NCBI RefSeq assembly: GCF_000143415.4
Contig: NW_003314269.1
Location: 2,363,544 to 2,427,543 of the forward strand
Source: Selaginella moellendorffii
Taxonomy: Eukaryota; Plantae; Lycopodiophyta
Length of the DNA: 64,000 nt
Direction: 5' to 3'
Shown here: piece after piece, positions 1-12,897 of the stretch
How the letters are laid out: the number at the start of each line of letters is the position of its first letter
Numbering within the stretch: the stretch's first letter is position 1
The notes under the pieces: generated by a model
Databases searched by the model: none
What the model saw: only the letters and a program-made list of their open reading frames with translations
Told to the model about the DNA's origin: nothing
Position numbers and translations under genes: made by a program

Positions 1-1715
1 AGAGCGCTTGGAGCGATGGACGAGCGCATGCACGAGAAGAGTTCCAGAGCGAGCTCGTGTTCGCCATTCTCGGCGTATCCCATCACCAAGGCCGTCCATG
101 AAACCGTGGTATGAAACTCCATCCTGTCGAAAACTCTGCGAGCATCCAGCGTGCTCCCACACTTGGCGTAAACGTCGAGTAGAGTGTTTGCCACGAAGAT
201 GTCCGAGGTAAGCCCTCCACACTCGAGCTCCAAAGCCATAACTTTTTCCAGGGACAGAAGCTTGACAAGCTTTCCTTCGATTAGATCGCCATCTTCTTTC
301 GCCCCCAGGGCAGCGCAGGCCTTCAATCCAGCGACGAACGTCAAGGCATTAGGACTCTCCACGCGTGGGAGAAGCTCCAAAGCCAGAGCTCCTTCTTCGT
401 TCTCTGCGTAGCCGAGAACCAAAGCCGTCCAGGAAACTACACTGTGACTCGCCATCCTGTCGAAAACTCCTCTGGCATCGATCATACTCCCACACTTCGC
501 ATACATATCCACCAAGCTGCTGGCCACGAAGATATCATCGGCGTTGTGACCAGACCTCACAGCTTCCAAGTGTATATCCATCCCCGTCTCCAGCGACTTT
601 AGCTTGACAATCCTTCCGCCAACGAGCTTGCCATCTTCTTTCGTTGCAAGGCAAATGCAAGCCTTGAGCGCAGCTAGAAAAGCTCTTGAGTCTCTCGATC
701 CCATCCTCGCGAAGAGCTCTAGCGCCTTCTCGCCCTGTCCGTGCTCGGCATACCCCAGCATGAGTGCCGTCGCCGATACCACGCAGTCGTAGCTCATCCT
801 GTCCAGGATCTTGCGAGCTTCTTCCAGATCCCCACACCTCGAGTAAAGATCCACCAGCGAGCTCGCCACAAAGCCTTCCATCTCGCAGCCACACTCCACA
901 GCCTGGGAGTGGAGAGCCACGGCCTTCTTCAGAGTCTCCACTTTTAAAACTCTCCCCCCACCACCACCACCACCTTGTTCTTCTTGAAGCTTTCCTTCTT
1001 CTCGAGCGGCCAGGCTGCTACAAGCTTTCAGTCCAGCAACCAGAGCTCGAGCTCCAATCGGTCCACAAGCATCGGGTATGCAAGCGAAGAGCTCGAGCGC
1101 AATCTCGGCCTCCCCGTTATCAACGTAACCGAGAACGAGAACAGTCCAGGACACCACCGTGTGCTCCGGCATCGTGTCGAAAACCCTGCGAGCATCCATC
1201 AAACTCCCACACTTAGCATACATATCAACCAAAGAGTTTGCTACCATCACCTCAAAGTCACAGCCAGCGATGGCAGCTCGAGAATGGAGCGCAAATCCTC
1301 TCTCCAGTGACGTTATCTTGATCAAAGCTCCTCCAGCATCTCGGCCGCCTTGCTCGATCGCTGCCATGGAGACGCAAGCCTTGATAGCAGCAAGGAAGGT
1401 GAGGGAGTTTGGCTGGCAATCCATTCGAGAGAAGCAGCCGAGCGCTGCCTGGCCTCCTCCAGGGGAGTTTTGCGCGTAGCCGAGGATGAGGGCGTTCCAG
1501 GAGACGACGTCGCGCCGCGGCATTGCGTCGAAGGCCTGGCGCGCCTCGGCCATGGATCCACACTTTGAATACATGCTCACCAGGGTGTTCGAGACTTGGA
1601 TGCTCTCCCTGGCGTCGCTGCATTGGGCGATCTGGGCGTGGAGGATCCTCCCCTTGCGCAGGTCCCTGGATTTGCCACACTCTTTGAGCTGAGCGACCAA
1701 AACCCTTGTGCTCAT
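1..1715 (-). CDS. PLS-class pentatricopeptide repeat protein (3' end runs off the window)
   Basis: Manual translation from ATG at 1715: MSTRVLVAQLKECGK..., with repeated P-L-S triplets (NTLVSMYSKCGSMAEARQAFDAMPRRDVVSWNALILGYAQ; SLVDMYAKCGSLMDARRVFD). Intronless. Missing from the ORF track, presumably because there is no stop inside the window. Possible frameshift near nt 40. Confidence 0.9.
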   Translation of the reverse strand, partial: MSTRVLVAQLKECGKSRDLRKGRILHAQIAQCSDARESIQVSNTLVSMYSKCGSMAEARQAFDAMPRRDVVSWNALILGYAQNSPGGGQAALGCFSRMDCQPNSLTFLAAIKACVSMAAIEQGGRDAGGALIKITSLERGFALHSRAAIAGCDFEVMVANSLVDMYAKCGSLMDARRVFDTMPEHTVVSWTVLVLGYVDNGEAEIALELFACIPDACGPIGARALVAGLKACSSLAAREEGKLQEEQGGGGGGGRVLKVETLKKAVALHSQAVECGCEMEGFVASSLVDLYSRCGDLEEARKILDRMSYDCVVSATALMLGYAEHGQGEKALELFARMGSRDSRAFLAALKACICLATKEDGKLVGGRIVKLKSLETGMDIHLEAVRSGHNADDIFVASSLVDMYAKCGSMIDARGVFDRMASHSVVSWTALVLGYAENEEGALALELLPRVESPNALTFVAGLKACAALGAKEDGDLIEGKLVKLLSLEKVMALELECGGLTSDIFVANTLLDVYAKCGSTLDARRVFDRMEFHTTVSWTALVMGYAENGEHELALELFSCMRSSIAPSA

Positions 1716-2123
1716 GCAACCTAGGCCAAGAGCCCTAAATGAATACCATCCGTTGGATGGTCCTATATCCAATGGCTAACATTTGATTAAGCCGAATATT
1801 CTCGCTCTGGGAAGGCTTTCTTCGAACTGGTGTGAGAAGCACCAGCTTGTCTCCGTGAGAGATGGTCGAGCTGAGCGATTTGAAGGACAACTGTTTGAGC
1901 CAAGGCGATGACAGTGAGGCGGATGAAGAGTATGGTTTCGATGACGAGATCATCACATTCACTCGTTCGAGACCCGAATCCTAAACTGTCCGGATCCTAA
2001 GCTGTCCGCCTGTTTGTCACTTCCCTTGCTCGGACGATCGACCAAACGAAAGTCGTGGTTGACAACCTGCTGATTAGAGCACCAGCTCACACACCGTGTT
2101 GTCGCCTGATCAATCACGTACCT

Positions 2124-5100
2124 TTAGTCTTGTGAGAAGTCAGGGATGTCGTCCATAAAATTGAATGGAAGCTCCTTTTGTGCGGCGGACTGGGATATAA
2201 GCTGCAAGACGCTTGCCGCTGGCTGGCTTACATCCTCGTTCTCTTCCTCTGATTGGACGGCGTCTTTCGGAACTTTGAAATAAACCTGGTGGAGGATAGG
2301 CTTTAAGCTCTTTGTGAGCGAATGAGTAAATGATTCACCTGGCATGTCCGAGCTGGTGACAGAACAAGGAAAGAGCTTGGACGATTGTTGAAGTTTGTTT
2401 CGGGCCTCCCAGGGATGCCTTCGGGACTGGTGAAATGGTCCACGTCATGACCAACCTGGCAGGGAATTGAAACATGTAATGAAAGAAAGAAAAAAGAAAG
2501 ACGAGTTTACCCGGACGCGGCCACCAAAGTCAAATGCATCACTGTCTAAAGCAATTTTGTACTTTCCGGGAAGATCACATCCAATCTTATACCTGCAGAA
2601 AAAATGAGATCCCATACAAGTTGAATCGCCACATACCCCTCATAGGTTGTCTCCGGATGGAAGTTGAACACGAAAACTAAGTCTCCTCTTTCAAAGACAA
2701 TGACCTGAAATAATTGTTGAGATTTTGATTGAATTTGGAAAGCTGCACCTTGTCTTTGTCGTGCGTACTCGAAACAATTAGAGGTAACGTCAGAAAGTGA
2801 TATTTTTCCTCCAGCGCATTCATAGCTTTGTCAAATTCGTTCATAAACTGAATGCCGCGAATCAAAACACGCACAGCAAATGACAGTCACGGCAAACCTT
2901 GTATCGAAGATGGTCCGTGTCGACCAAATCCCACTGCCGTCGGCATTTATCATAGCTCCACTTGTTACCCTCTCTGGGAAAGTCGATCCATTCTGGATGT
3001 CCGAACTACAAAATAGCTCAAATAAATTTATTAGCCAGTCAAGCAAACTAGCGTACCTCATTTCCCATAAAATTCAAATAACCATCTCCTCCAAGAGCCA
3101 TTGTAAGAAAATGGATCATCTGCAATTACTGATGTTCATATAAACGATCACTAATCACTACTCATACCTTATGAAGTGCGATCCCTCGTTCAATAATGAT
3201 GGATTGCTCTTGCAAAGCGGACATTCCTGCGTACATTTCTTTGTCCATAAGCATAAAAGCTAAGGTTTTGTCTCCCACCAGAGACTGCAAACACAAGCGT
3301 AAACAAGTTTTCCAAAAGCAGCTCCCAAATTATCTACCTGGTCATGACTTTCTGCATAGGCGATAGCCTTTTCAGTGTATCTCCTGTTCAAAAGCGTTGA
3401 TGCTATCTCAGCCATTGACCAATGCTCATCGGCCACTTCCTTGAGAAGCTTGATCCAGGTATCTGGAATTCCCATGGCCAAGCGGTAATCAAATCCCACG
3501 CCTCCTTCAGAAACGGGCCTACCAAGCGTTGGCATTCCCGAGACATCTTCCGCAATTGTCGTTGCATCCGGATAAAGAGTGTGAACGAGCTCGTTGGCGA
3601 GCATAAGGTAGACAGCAGCATCCACATCGCTGGCTTCGCTGAAGTAATCTCGATATCTTCCTGAGAATGACATGTGTATCCCGTGATGATGGTACAGCAT
3701 AGAAGTGACTCCATCAAAACGGAACCCGTCAAACTGGTATTCTTCCAGCCACCACCGCAAATTCGATAGCAAAAACCTTTCGACCTCCCAGTTGTTGTAG
3801 TTGAAAAGCCGACTGTCCCAGAGCTTGTGATAGCCTCGATCCCCTGTGTGGAAATATGATTCCTGCGTTTGTTGCCCCAAGTCGAATCCGTTCAAACCAT
3901 CCTTAATGTTGTTGCTTGCATGGCTGTGCACAACGTCCATCAGCACCCGTAAGCCCAGAGAGTGAGCCCTGTCGATCAAATACTTCAACTCTTCAGGAGT
4001 TCCCGAGCGGCTGCTCACACCGAAGAAATTTGTGACATGGTAGCCAAAGGAAGCGTAGTAAGAGTGCTCCATCACTGCCATCAGTTGAACCGTGTTGTAG
4101 TTGTTTGACTTGATCCGAGGAAGCACATTGTCTGCAAAGTCGATGTAGGACGCTACACATGGCTCCTTGGAACTCATGCCAACGTGTGCTTCGTATATGC
4201 GAGGAACGACAGGCTTGGGAGGTCGTGGATGCTCAAACTTGTACCTGATGGACAAGAAACTCATAAGACCGATTCACAGAATGAAATCAATACCTCTGAT
4301 CTTCCGGTGGATTCCACAGAATTCCGTCGTAAGAAGCTCCCATTTTCCCAGCTTCCACAGTCGCATACTTTATCCACGCAGGTATACGATCGATCCACTG
4401 GCCATCCCCCCTCTGCATCCGAAATTTAACTCTGGATCCATGGGGAATTCCGGGCTTCCCATCAACATCTGGTATGCGTACTGACCACACACCATATTTA
4501 TCCTTCTCCATCGGGTGGCTCCATCCATCCCAGTTGTTAAAGTCCCCAATAAGCTGAGCCGCTCTATTGAAATGAGAAAGCATGAGTTTATAGGAAAAGA
4601 GTTTAGCCACCAAAGATTTACTTCTTACTGTGCAGGAGGAGCCCATTCCCGGTAGACTATATAACCATCCTCGTAATTAAATCCAAACTTCTGAAAGCCT
4701 AGAAGCTTAAAAAAAATAGGATCAAGCAAAGAAAAGTAGACAAAAGATGAGCTTGCTTACCCAAAGAAAACTTCTCAAGACCACCTTCATACTTCTCGAT
4801 GGCTTTCTTCCTCCCCTCGTACTGAGAAAATCGGTACTTAAGATGGTCCTGGTGTGGAGCCAGCAGGGGATCGACTCGCACAACAGGCAAATCCTCCCTT
4901 GCTACATGCTCCTCGGTCTTCACTGCCTTGATCACTGAACGGTGGAAATTCCATCGCGGATCAGCCATAATCTGCGACAAGGAACATAATCAAGAGAATT
5001 CCATCCTCGCTCGTCAAGCTCAACGTACTTTCTGACCTGACACGAGCGTCGATCGCCGGAGAGGCCCCAGGCTCGACCGAAGCGGCTGCTGCTGGCGCTC

Positions 5101-5221
5101 CTGTGACAGATCAACACGATCCAACGCTAGCACGCAATGCCGGCAATCAATCGGTCCATACCTTGGAGCTGGAGCAGGGCGAGATCGCCGGACACACGGA
5201 GGAGGCAATGGCGACCTCCAT
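2124..5221 (-). CDS. SBE: 1,4-alpha-glucan branching enzyme (starch branching enzyme, SBE1-like, GH13), multi-exon
   Basis: Motifs [70 protein letters not shown] and [17 protein letters not shown] across GT-AG exons. Ser/Ala-rich transit-peptide-like exon 1 ([20 protein letters not shown]). Confidence 0.95.
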
Positions 5222-5865
5222 TCTCGCCCCAGGAATTTTCGATGTATCGACCCTAACTTCACACAAATTTGCCACGTGGCATATTCTTAGTTAATTAGCT
5301 TTATCTAATTAAAAATCATGCTTAATTTTGCTAGAAATCTTTCTTAGACACGTGAAACTTCCATGCTTGACCCAAAGTATGTTAACCCATGTGCAGACCC
5401 AGTGTCATGGTTGTGCAAGGCATGCCAAGGCCATTGCTTTCAAGGATAAAACAATTTTGATTCTCTCAATTGTATATTCTCCTATATAAAATTTACAAGC
5501 TTTCTAGAGTAAAGTTTTAGCCAGGACAATTTTTTCCACTCAATTGCAGGAACCACTTTAATTGTTCTAAGGCTTTCTTGGCATTAAAAAGGCAGCAAGA
5601 TCTGACATGGAGAAGTGATTAAAAATAAAGAGTCACATTGAGCTATTGTCCTTGTTATAACTATTGTGTTTCTTGATCACACGATGGATTTGGAGCAAAC
5701 AACAGCCTGTTCCGTGAGCTGCTGGACCCATGCAAAGACATAAATATTAATCAATAATTCGTAGAATTCTTCAAAGGTAACAAACGAAATCGATGACTTC
5801 CAACCGTGCCCTTTTTCTACATTTTAGCTTTATATGTTACATAGGCGTACAAGTTAATATATGAG

Positions 5866-7414
5866 TTACGAAGCTGCAAGAGTGTCAAAAGCACACTGCT
5901 CAAGTCTTGGTGATACTTGAGCGACAACAGCATCTGCAATAATATTAATATATCCAGGGCCGCTGTCCAGGGACAACTTCCTTGTAGCTCCATCCCGAAA
6001 TCTCCAGTCAAACCCATGGATCAAGTTTGAGAGCACCAACTGAACATTCCGCAACCCAAGAGGAAGCCCTGGACAACCTCGCTTTCCTGATCCAAAGGGA
6101 AGCAACTCAAAGTCATGGCCATAGACGTTGATGTTGCTACCAACAAATCTCCCAGGCTTGAACTTGTCCGGATCGTTTGGCCAAGCCTGGGAGTCCCTTC
6201 CAATGGCGTACGTGTTGATGAGAACGGTTGCCTTTGCTGGAATCTCAAAGCCCGCAACTAGTCGAGGCTCTGGCGAGGTGTGTGGGATCATCAGCGACAG
6301 CGGGGGATGGAGACGAAATGTCTCCTTGATAACAGCGTTGACAAGCTCCAGCTTCGCCAAGTCCGACTCTTCCACCATTCGATCTCGCCCAACCACGCTT
6401 TCAATCTCTTCTTGGAGTTTCTCCATCCACTCGGGATTGTGGAGAAGCTCGGCCATAGCCCATTCCACCACGGTTGACGATGTCTCGGAGCCACCAAGCA
6501 GTAAATCCTAGTAGAAAACACCATGCGAGAACAAAGATAGCCCGAACAAATCAAGAGTTTTCACTTACCATTAGCAAGGCTTTGAGATACTGGGTCTGTT
6601 CAGGGCCGTCCACTCGCGCCTTCGTCATCTCCACAAAGTCTGGAATTTCTCCGGGTCTTTGCTCGTTCAGAACTTTGTCCAGGAACGCATCCATCCTCTG
6701 GTGAGCTCGTCTACAACGGGCTATGCTCCAGTCGAGCCAGCCGACACTGGGGAAGTAATCTGCTATGGAGAACGCCCCGGTTGCATTCATCACCTCGTCA
6801 ATCACCCCCACAAATTCCCGCGCATGGGGATCATCGGTGGAAGCCTTGGATCCAAAGTAAGTCTTGTTCATGAGGATGCGAGTCATGACATTGAAGCCCA
6901 GTGATCTCAGCTTGCCTCGCAGTGCCACTGGTTGATCCGCCTTGGAAGCCTTGGCGAGCTCGGCAGTAAGATCCCACAGCTCGTCCCGGATGATTTTGGT
7001 GAAGTAGGTGACCCTCCTGGCCGTGAAGAGCTCCATGGAGCACATCCTCCTAATGTTCTTGTGGTACTCACCCTCAGAATAAGATAAGCTCTTGGACTTG
7101 TACAGAAGAATGTCCACGGCCACTCTGGGTGGCCTGCGAGCGAATGCGGCATCGTGGGTCTTGAGGAACTCCCTGGCCATGGCAGGACTGGAAATCACAA
7201 TGAGTGGCACGGATCCCAGGCGCAAGTACATGAGGGGTCCAAACTTCTTGGAGAGGTGATAGAGTGAGATCTGGGGGATCCTTCCCAGGAGATGGAAGTG
7301 GCCGATGAGAGGCAAGGCTCTGGGGCCTGGTGGGAGCTTGATGGCGCGCTTGCTCCACATCCATTGCGTGACGAAGAACACAAGAGTTAGAACGAGGACA
7401 ATCGCTGGCAACAT
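5866..7414 (-). CDS. Cytochrome P450, CYP71 clan (exons 7414-6569 and 6507-5866)
   Basis: N-terminal anchor plus LPPGP hinge, I-helix GGSETSS, ETFR (ExxR), heme motif PFGSGKRGCPG. One 61-nt GT-AG intron at 6508-6568. Confidence 0.95.
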
Positions 7415-7706
7415 TCTCAGTCAAACTCTTGGCTTGAGATTGAGACTCTAATCTCTTCTCGAGCGAGTGAATGAGTCTTGTGTCAAACCTTGCTGCCTTT
7501 TTAATTAGAATTCGATTAATTAATTTAATCGAGGGCGAGCAGAGACTAGTACTTGGGGTTGCTACTCATTCGGGGGAAAATTTCTATTCAATTCAAGGAC
7601 TGCTCGAAATTTAGGTCTTGGAGGAGCGATTCGAGCGCGCGCATGAGACATCCATCAGTCTCTCACTGTTTGAATTGACTGTTTGTTACTGCCACACCGG
7701 GTTACA

Positions 7707-8426
7707 CATAGTTGCCAGAAAATGTGTGAAACTTAAAAAACATAACGTTTTAAACGTGTTAAAAAACGCCGTTCTAAACTCCGTTTGCACTATTTGCGAA
7801 AAGAAAAGGTTTCTTCATGCCGCAAATGCTGGAGCTGAAAGCATGTGATACAAGCAGAGCAGTAAATATTGTCATGAGATTTACACTGGGGGAGCGGACT
7901 GAATGTGAGCACATCTTGCTGGAGTTCGGGCAAGAGGTGTGAAAACGTGCAAGGCAATGAGGGAGATCCCTTATGAGGTTCTTAAAAAACCTTGCAACAG
8001 TTTTTTCGATTCCGAGCAAGTAGATCCAGCAGATGCCGATAATGGGCATCTGTTGCAGCAAGCCACATAGGGTTCAGGGGGGGAGGGCAGCAGAATTTAT
8101 GGTGGCAAGCATGGAGAACTGGTTTTGGATCTACAGAAGCTTTTGAGGAACCAAATCAATTGAGGAGTTTAGCATCGGTGAAGGAATGAAAGATGATTTG
8201 GAATTAGAAGACGACTAAAATGGCTTCTTTTTTCATTTGTTTTTGTATATTATTTGGTTAGGTTTTATAAATTTAATATTAGATTAAAGTGTCTTTAGTA
8301 AATATTAGTGTTTTCTTAATCATTTTAGGCTTTAACATGTAAACGTTAGATTGTCCTGAAAAAAACGTTTTAAACAGCGTTTAAACGTAGACACGTTGGA
8401 ACGTTTGCACGTCTAGCTGCAACTAG
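7707..8426 (+). mobile_element. Internally deleted hAT-like DNA transposon remnant with a decayed BED zinc finger
   Basis: 7861-7953 translates SKYCHEIYTGGAD*M*AHLAGVRARGVKTCK, a BED-finger pattern. Ends TAGTTGC...GCAACTA are inverted, with clustered AAACG/AACGT subterminal motifs at both ends. No TSD found. Confidence 0.55.
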
Positions 8427-8510
8427 ACGTCGATCCCTTCGGAAGGGATCGATCGATTGATCTCGAGCTAGGGATGGTGTTCTGCTAGAATCGGAGGATT
8501 TCCAGAGAGA

Positions 8511-10598
8511 ATGGCGACCAGTCGAGCCGTGGTGTCGGGTAATCTAGTGCTTGCGCGGCGGCCCAGCTGCTCGTCCAGCGGCTGTGGCGACAGGGTTGTG
8601 AGCGTGAGTGTTGGGCGAGGGAGAGGGATTCGATGCGAGGCGGCGGAGAACAAGAGCGACAATGTGGCTGTGGAGCCACAGCCACATTGATTCGCAAGAT
8701 CTTTCGCAAGAATTTGATGAGGAGCGACAATTACAACCGGAGTGGATTTGGCTACAAGAAGGAGACGCTCGAGAGGCTGGACCAAGAATACAACACAAGT
8801 AAGCTTTGCTCGCCTAGAAACTTTCCTCGCAAAGAAGATCTATTCCTTGTTTTTCCACTTCGCATGAGTTCTTGCGGTCATACTCCTTTGATTTTCTTGC
8901 CTGGTTTTTCTACTTACTTCGCGAGCTTTGCTCCAACGATTTGCTGGATTGATGCTTGCTTTGGTATTCCAAACTTCGTGAACTTTGCAAGCCATCTTTC
9001 ATTTGATGCTTGGTTAAAGATGTTGTTTTTTTCTTTCTTTCAAATGCTTTCATCCTTGCTATGGCATTTCCAACTATTGCGGTCCACTGGCTAAGAGTTT
9101 TCAATTTCTGGTCAGGTGACATGCTTAAGTCGCTCAAGGAGAACTCGTACACTTGGGGAGATAAACAGTTCCCCGATCAGCATATCTGGCTCACCAACGA
9201 AATCATTCACAATCCAACCGTGAACCAGGTATGAACTTAGAACTCCATTGTCATGCTATATAATCTTTTTCCGCTTTAGAAACTGGAGGAGATGGAAATT
9301 AAGATGATCCCTGTGGAGGACAAAGTCAAAGATTTTAGCGTGGTGAAAGAGAAAGACGTCGTTGTGTTCCCAGCATTTGGTGCTACTGTCCAAGAGATGC
9401 AGCTCCTCGCTGAAAAAAAAGTTCAAATCGTCGACACTACATGCCCGTGGGTAGCAAAGGTATTGCATTCTCTTTTCCCTTCCTTGTTGGAGCTATGAAT
9501 AAATCGAGTGTTTGTGGAAAGGTTTGGAACTCGGTGGAAAAGCACAAGAAATCGTCCTATACTTCCGTGATCCATGGAAAATATGCTCACGAGGAGACTG
9601 TTGCGACTGCTTCATTTGCTGGGAAATATATTATCGTCAAGAACATGAAAGAGGTTTGTATAGCTTCCTTAGATTTGTTGCATCAATCGCCAAATGATCT
9701 TAATTTTCTCTCTACAGGCTACATACGTGTGCGACTACATTCTCGGTGGAAAGTTCGATGGCTCCAATGGAACTAAGGAAGAGCTGTTGGAGGTAAATCT
9801 CTGAAAGGAAAGTCTACTCACTCACAAGCCAAGGTTTTCTTTTTTTTGTTTGTAGAAATCTAAATACGCAACCTCCAAAGGCTTTGATCCGGACGACGAT
9901 CTCGTCAGGGTCGGGATTGCGAATCAGACGACGATGCTTAAAGGGGAAACAGAAGATATTGGTAAGCTTGTAGCCATTGTGTCTCGCGTGATCAAAACCT
10001 TCTTCTTGCAGGGAAGCTACTCCAAAGAACGATGATGCAAAAGTATGGAGTGGAGAACACAAACGATCACTTCATGAGCGTCAACACAATTTGTGACGCT
10101 ACTCAGGTATAAAGTTTCGTCCTGCAATTCGGATGATATCGTAAATCACTGCATAGGAGCGGCAAGATGCGATGTTCACGCTGGTGAAAGAGAAGCTCGA
10201 CCTCATTATCGTCGTCGGTGGCTGGAACTCAAGCAACACGTCGCACCTCCAAGAGATGGAGAGATCAACAACATCCCCTCTTACTGGATCGACACTGAAG
10301 AGCGGATTGGTCCCGGAAACAAAATCGCTTACAGGCTCAACGTAAGAATTTCTAGCTTTCCTCACAGCTCCTCATGAACTTCAAAACTCTGGATTTTGCA
10401 GCATGGAGAGCTTGTTGAGAAGGAGAACTGGTTCCCAACTGGACCCGTGACAATCGGTATCACATCAGGCGCTTCCACACCCGACAAGGTATGAGTGAGA
10501 ATCTCTAAACTCTGATCGCTTGAATTTCCAGTTTCCAGGTCGTGGAGAACGTTCTAAAGCAGGTATTCCAGCTGAAAAAGCAAGAAGCGCTGCTGTGA
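8511..10598 (+). pseudogene. HDR: 4-hydroxy-3-methylbut-2-enyl diphosphate reductase (HDR/IspH/LytB), disrupted copy
   Basis: Motifs [63 protein letters not shown] and [12 protein letters not shown]. Frameshift near 8688 (transit-peptide frame hits TGA), frameshift near 10259, and loss of the segment carrying GFCWGV at 9162/9163. Confidence 0.85.
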
Positions 10599-10769
10599 TT
10601 TTCCATGGTCTTGTAACTCCAAAGCTTGCAAACGTATGGGCATTTCCCAGAGCTTTCTTATTATTTTCAAAATGAACGGGCGAGTAGCTTGCTTTTAGGG
10701 TTTATACCCTCCCCTTCAAAAGGGGAGAACTATTCGTTACTTCATCATTATCACAAAGGAAATAAATTT

Positions 10770-12897
10770 TCATCCCATGGAATAGGACGGCCCCGGGAGA
10801 TTGATGACCGTTGTCTTGGTCTTGGTCATCATGTTTATGGTGTTCGTCACGCCTTGCGATCCAATGCCGCTATCTCTGAGACCCTGTAGCGAAACCATTA
10901 AAATAAGAACCAAGAGATCATAGAATTCGATGATTGTGGTACCTGGAAGGGGAAGTGATCGGGCCCCCGAGCTGGGGCGGAGTTGATTTGCACGGTCCCG
11001 GTCTCCATTGCATCACTCACAATCATAGCCTTGTTGATGTCGCGAGTGAAGACACATCCCTGGAGAAACAACGAAAACAGCGTGAGAACTTTTTGAGGAA
11101 CTTTGTCCGCTGATAGAATCGATGCTGGAGCTTTGGTTTACCTGGAGGCCGAGGTTGCTTGAGTTGCAGTGGTGGATGGCTTCCTCGACGGACTTGATCC
11201 GGATCACCGGGATCACTGGACCGAATGGTTCCTCCCAGGCCAGACGCATATCGGGTGTCACGCGGTCGACCAGGAGCGGCCAGATGAGATTTCCCTTGCG
11301 CTTGTAATCCTGGCAGAAGCTCGCTCCCTTCTCGCGTGCGTCCTCGACGAGATCCTCGATGAAGTTGGCGGACGCCTCGCTCACCACTGCCGTGATGTCG
11401 CTGTTGTCCTCTGGTGATCCCACCGTGAGCTTGGCGATCCTGGCGTTCACTTTGGCAACCAGCTCGTCCGCCACGGAGTCCATAACCAGGACGAGCTTCA
11501 CGGCCGTGCAGCGCTGCCCACTGCACAACACGAGAGTATGGTAGGTTCGATCCAAAGAAACTCCAGGACTTGCCTGTATGAGAAGCCTCCTTTGACGATG
11601 TTGGTAGCAGCGAGATCGATATCAGCGTCCTCCAAGACGATGCACGCATCCTTCCCTCCCAGCTCCATTTGGAGAGGAATCATCCCAGCCTTCTTGGAGA
11701 TCGCAATGCCAGTGTCTCCACCGGTAAAACTGCGCAAGAAAAAGAGAAGATCAGTGACACCGCGGTGACGATCAAGAAGAACATATCCTTACCTGATGCA
11801 ATTCACTCCGGAGTGCATGGTCAGGAAATCCCCAATCTCCGACCCCTTGCCCGTGATGCAGCTGATCAAACCCTTTGGGAATCCAGCAAGGTGGAAGCAG
11901 TGGATGGCATGGAGGCCGGCGACGGCGCCTTGCGTGGGAGGCTTGACCACCACGGCGTTGCCAGCGATGAGCGCGGGCGCGATCTTGGAGACGGCCAGAT
12001 TGACGGGATAGTTGAAGGGAGGGATCGCCAAGATGACACCCAGTGGGATCTGCATGGATCAAAGATCGGTGAGAAACCGCGGTGTGGATCGATCGCTCGA
12101 TACCTTAGAGGCGAGGCAAAGCTTGTTCCTGTCATTGCCGGTGAAGCTGTCCGAGACGAGGAACTTGCCCTCTGCCAAAACCCTGATCCCTTCCTCCGCC
12201 GTGTAGGAGATGAGATCGCCGGAGCGGACGACCTGCGCATCGAAATATCGATCTTGAGATGAGAACCCTGGAAATTTTCGAGAACTAGAGGGAAGAGATA
12301 GAGAGGGGGAGAGATGCCATGCATGATCGAGATCGCGATACCTCCGACATTGCATCCTTGGCCGGCTTGGCGATCTCCTTGATCAGGCACTCGGCGATCG
12401 GGTTCTTGAGCTCCTTGAGCAGCGACGCCGCCTTGTGGAGCTTCTCGGCCCGCTTCCAGAGGGGAGTCTTGGCCCACACGCGCTGCGCGACCTTGGCGCT
12501 GTCAATGGCGCGATTCACTTCCTCCTGCGTGCATGCTGCGAGAAAGAAGAGAAATCACGAGAATGTAGCCCGCGCCGCGTCGATCGATCGATCGATCGAT
12601 CGCGGCTGGAAATCTCACTCACCCTGGACCTTGTACTGCGCTTCCCGCGTCGCGGGATTGGAGATTGTGACCGATCGCCGCGACGAGGAGGTCTGCCACT
12701 CGCCATCGGCGTAATATTTGAAGCTCCCGTCCTCCTCCACGATGTCCTGGAAGGGCCCTGGCAGCCATGGATGGATCAATCACACCGTGAGAATTACAAG
12801 CAAGAAGAAACTCCACAATCGATTGACCTAGCCAGCTTCGCCGGAGCGAGAGCGTCGGGATGGATTGCTCGGCGACCGACATCATCTGGATCATCAT
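10770..12897 (-). CDS. GAPN: NADP-dependent non-phosphorylating glyceraldehyde-3-phosphate dehydrogenase (ALDH11A)
   Basis: Motifs FKYYADGEW, IPPFNYPVNL, KPPTQG, FTGGDTG, MELGGKD, catalytic SGQRCTAV, WEEPFGP and C-terminal PSYSMG*. Start placed at 12897 via a 70-nt intron (12758-12827). Confidence 0.93.

Noticed and set aside
1735-1962. Ser-rich ORF as the PPR transit peptide
   Set aside because: Different frame with a stop before the PPR ATG, and I found no convincing splice link.
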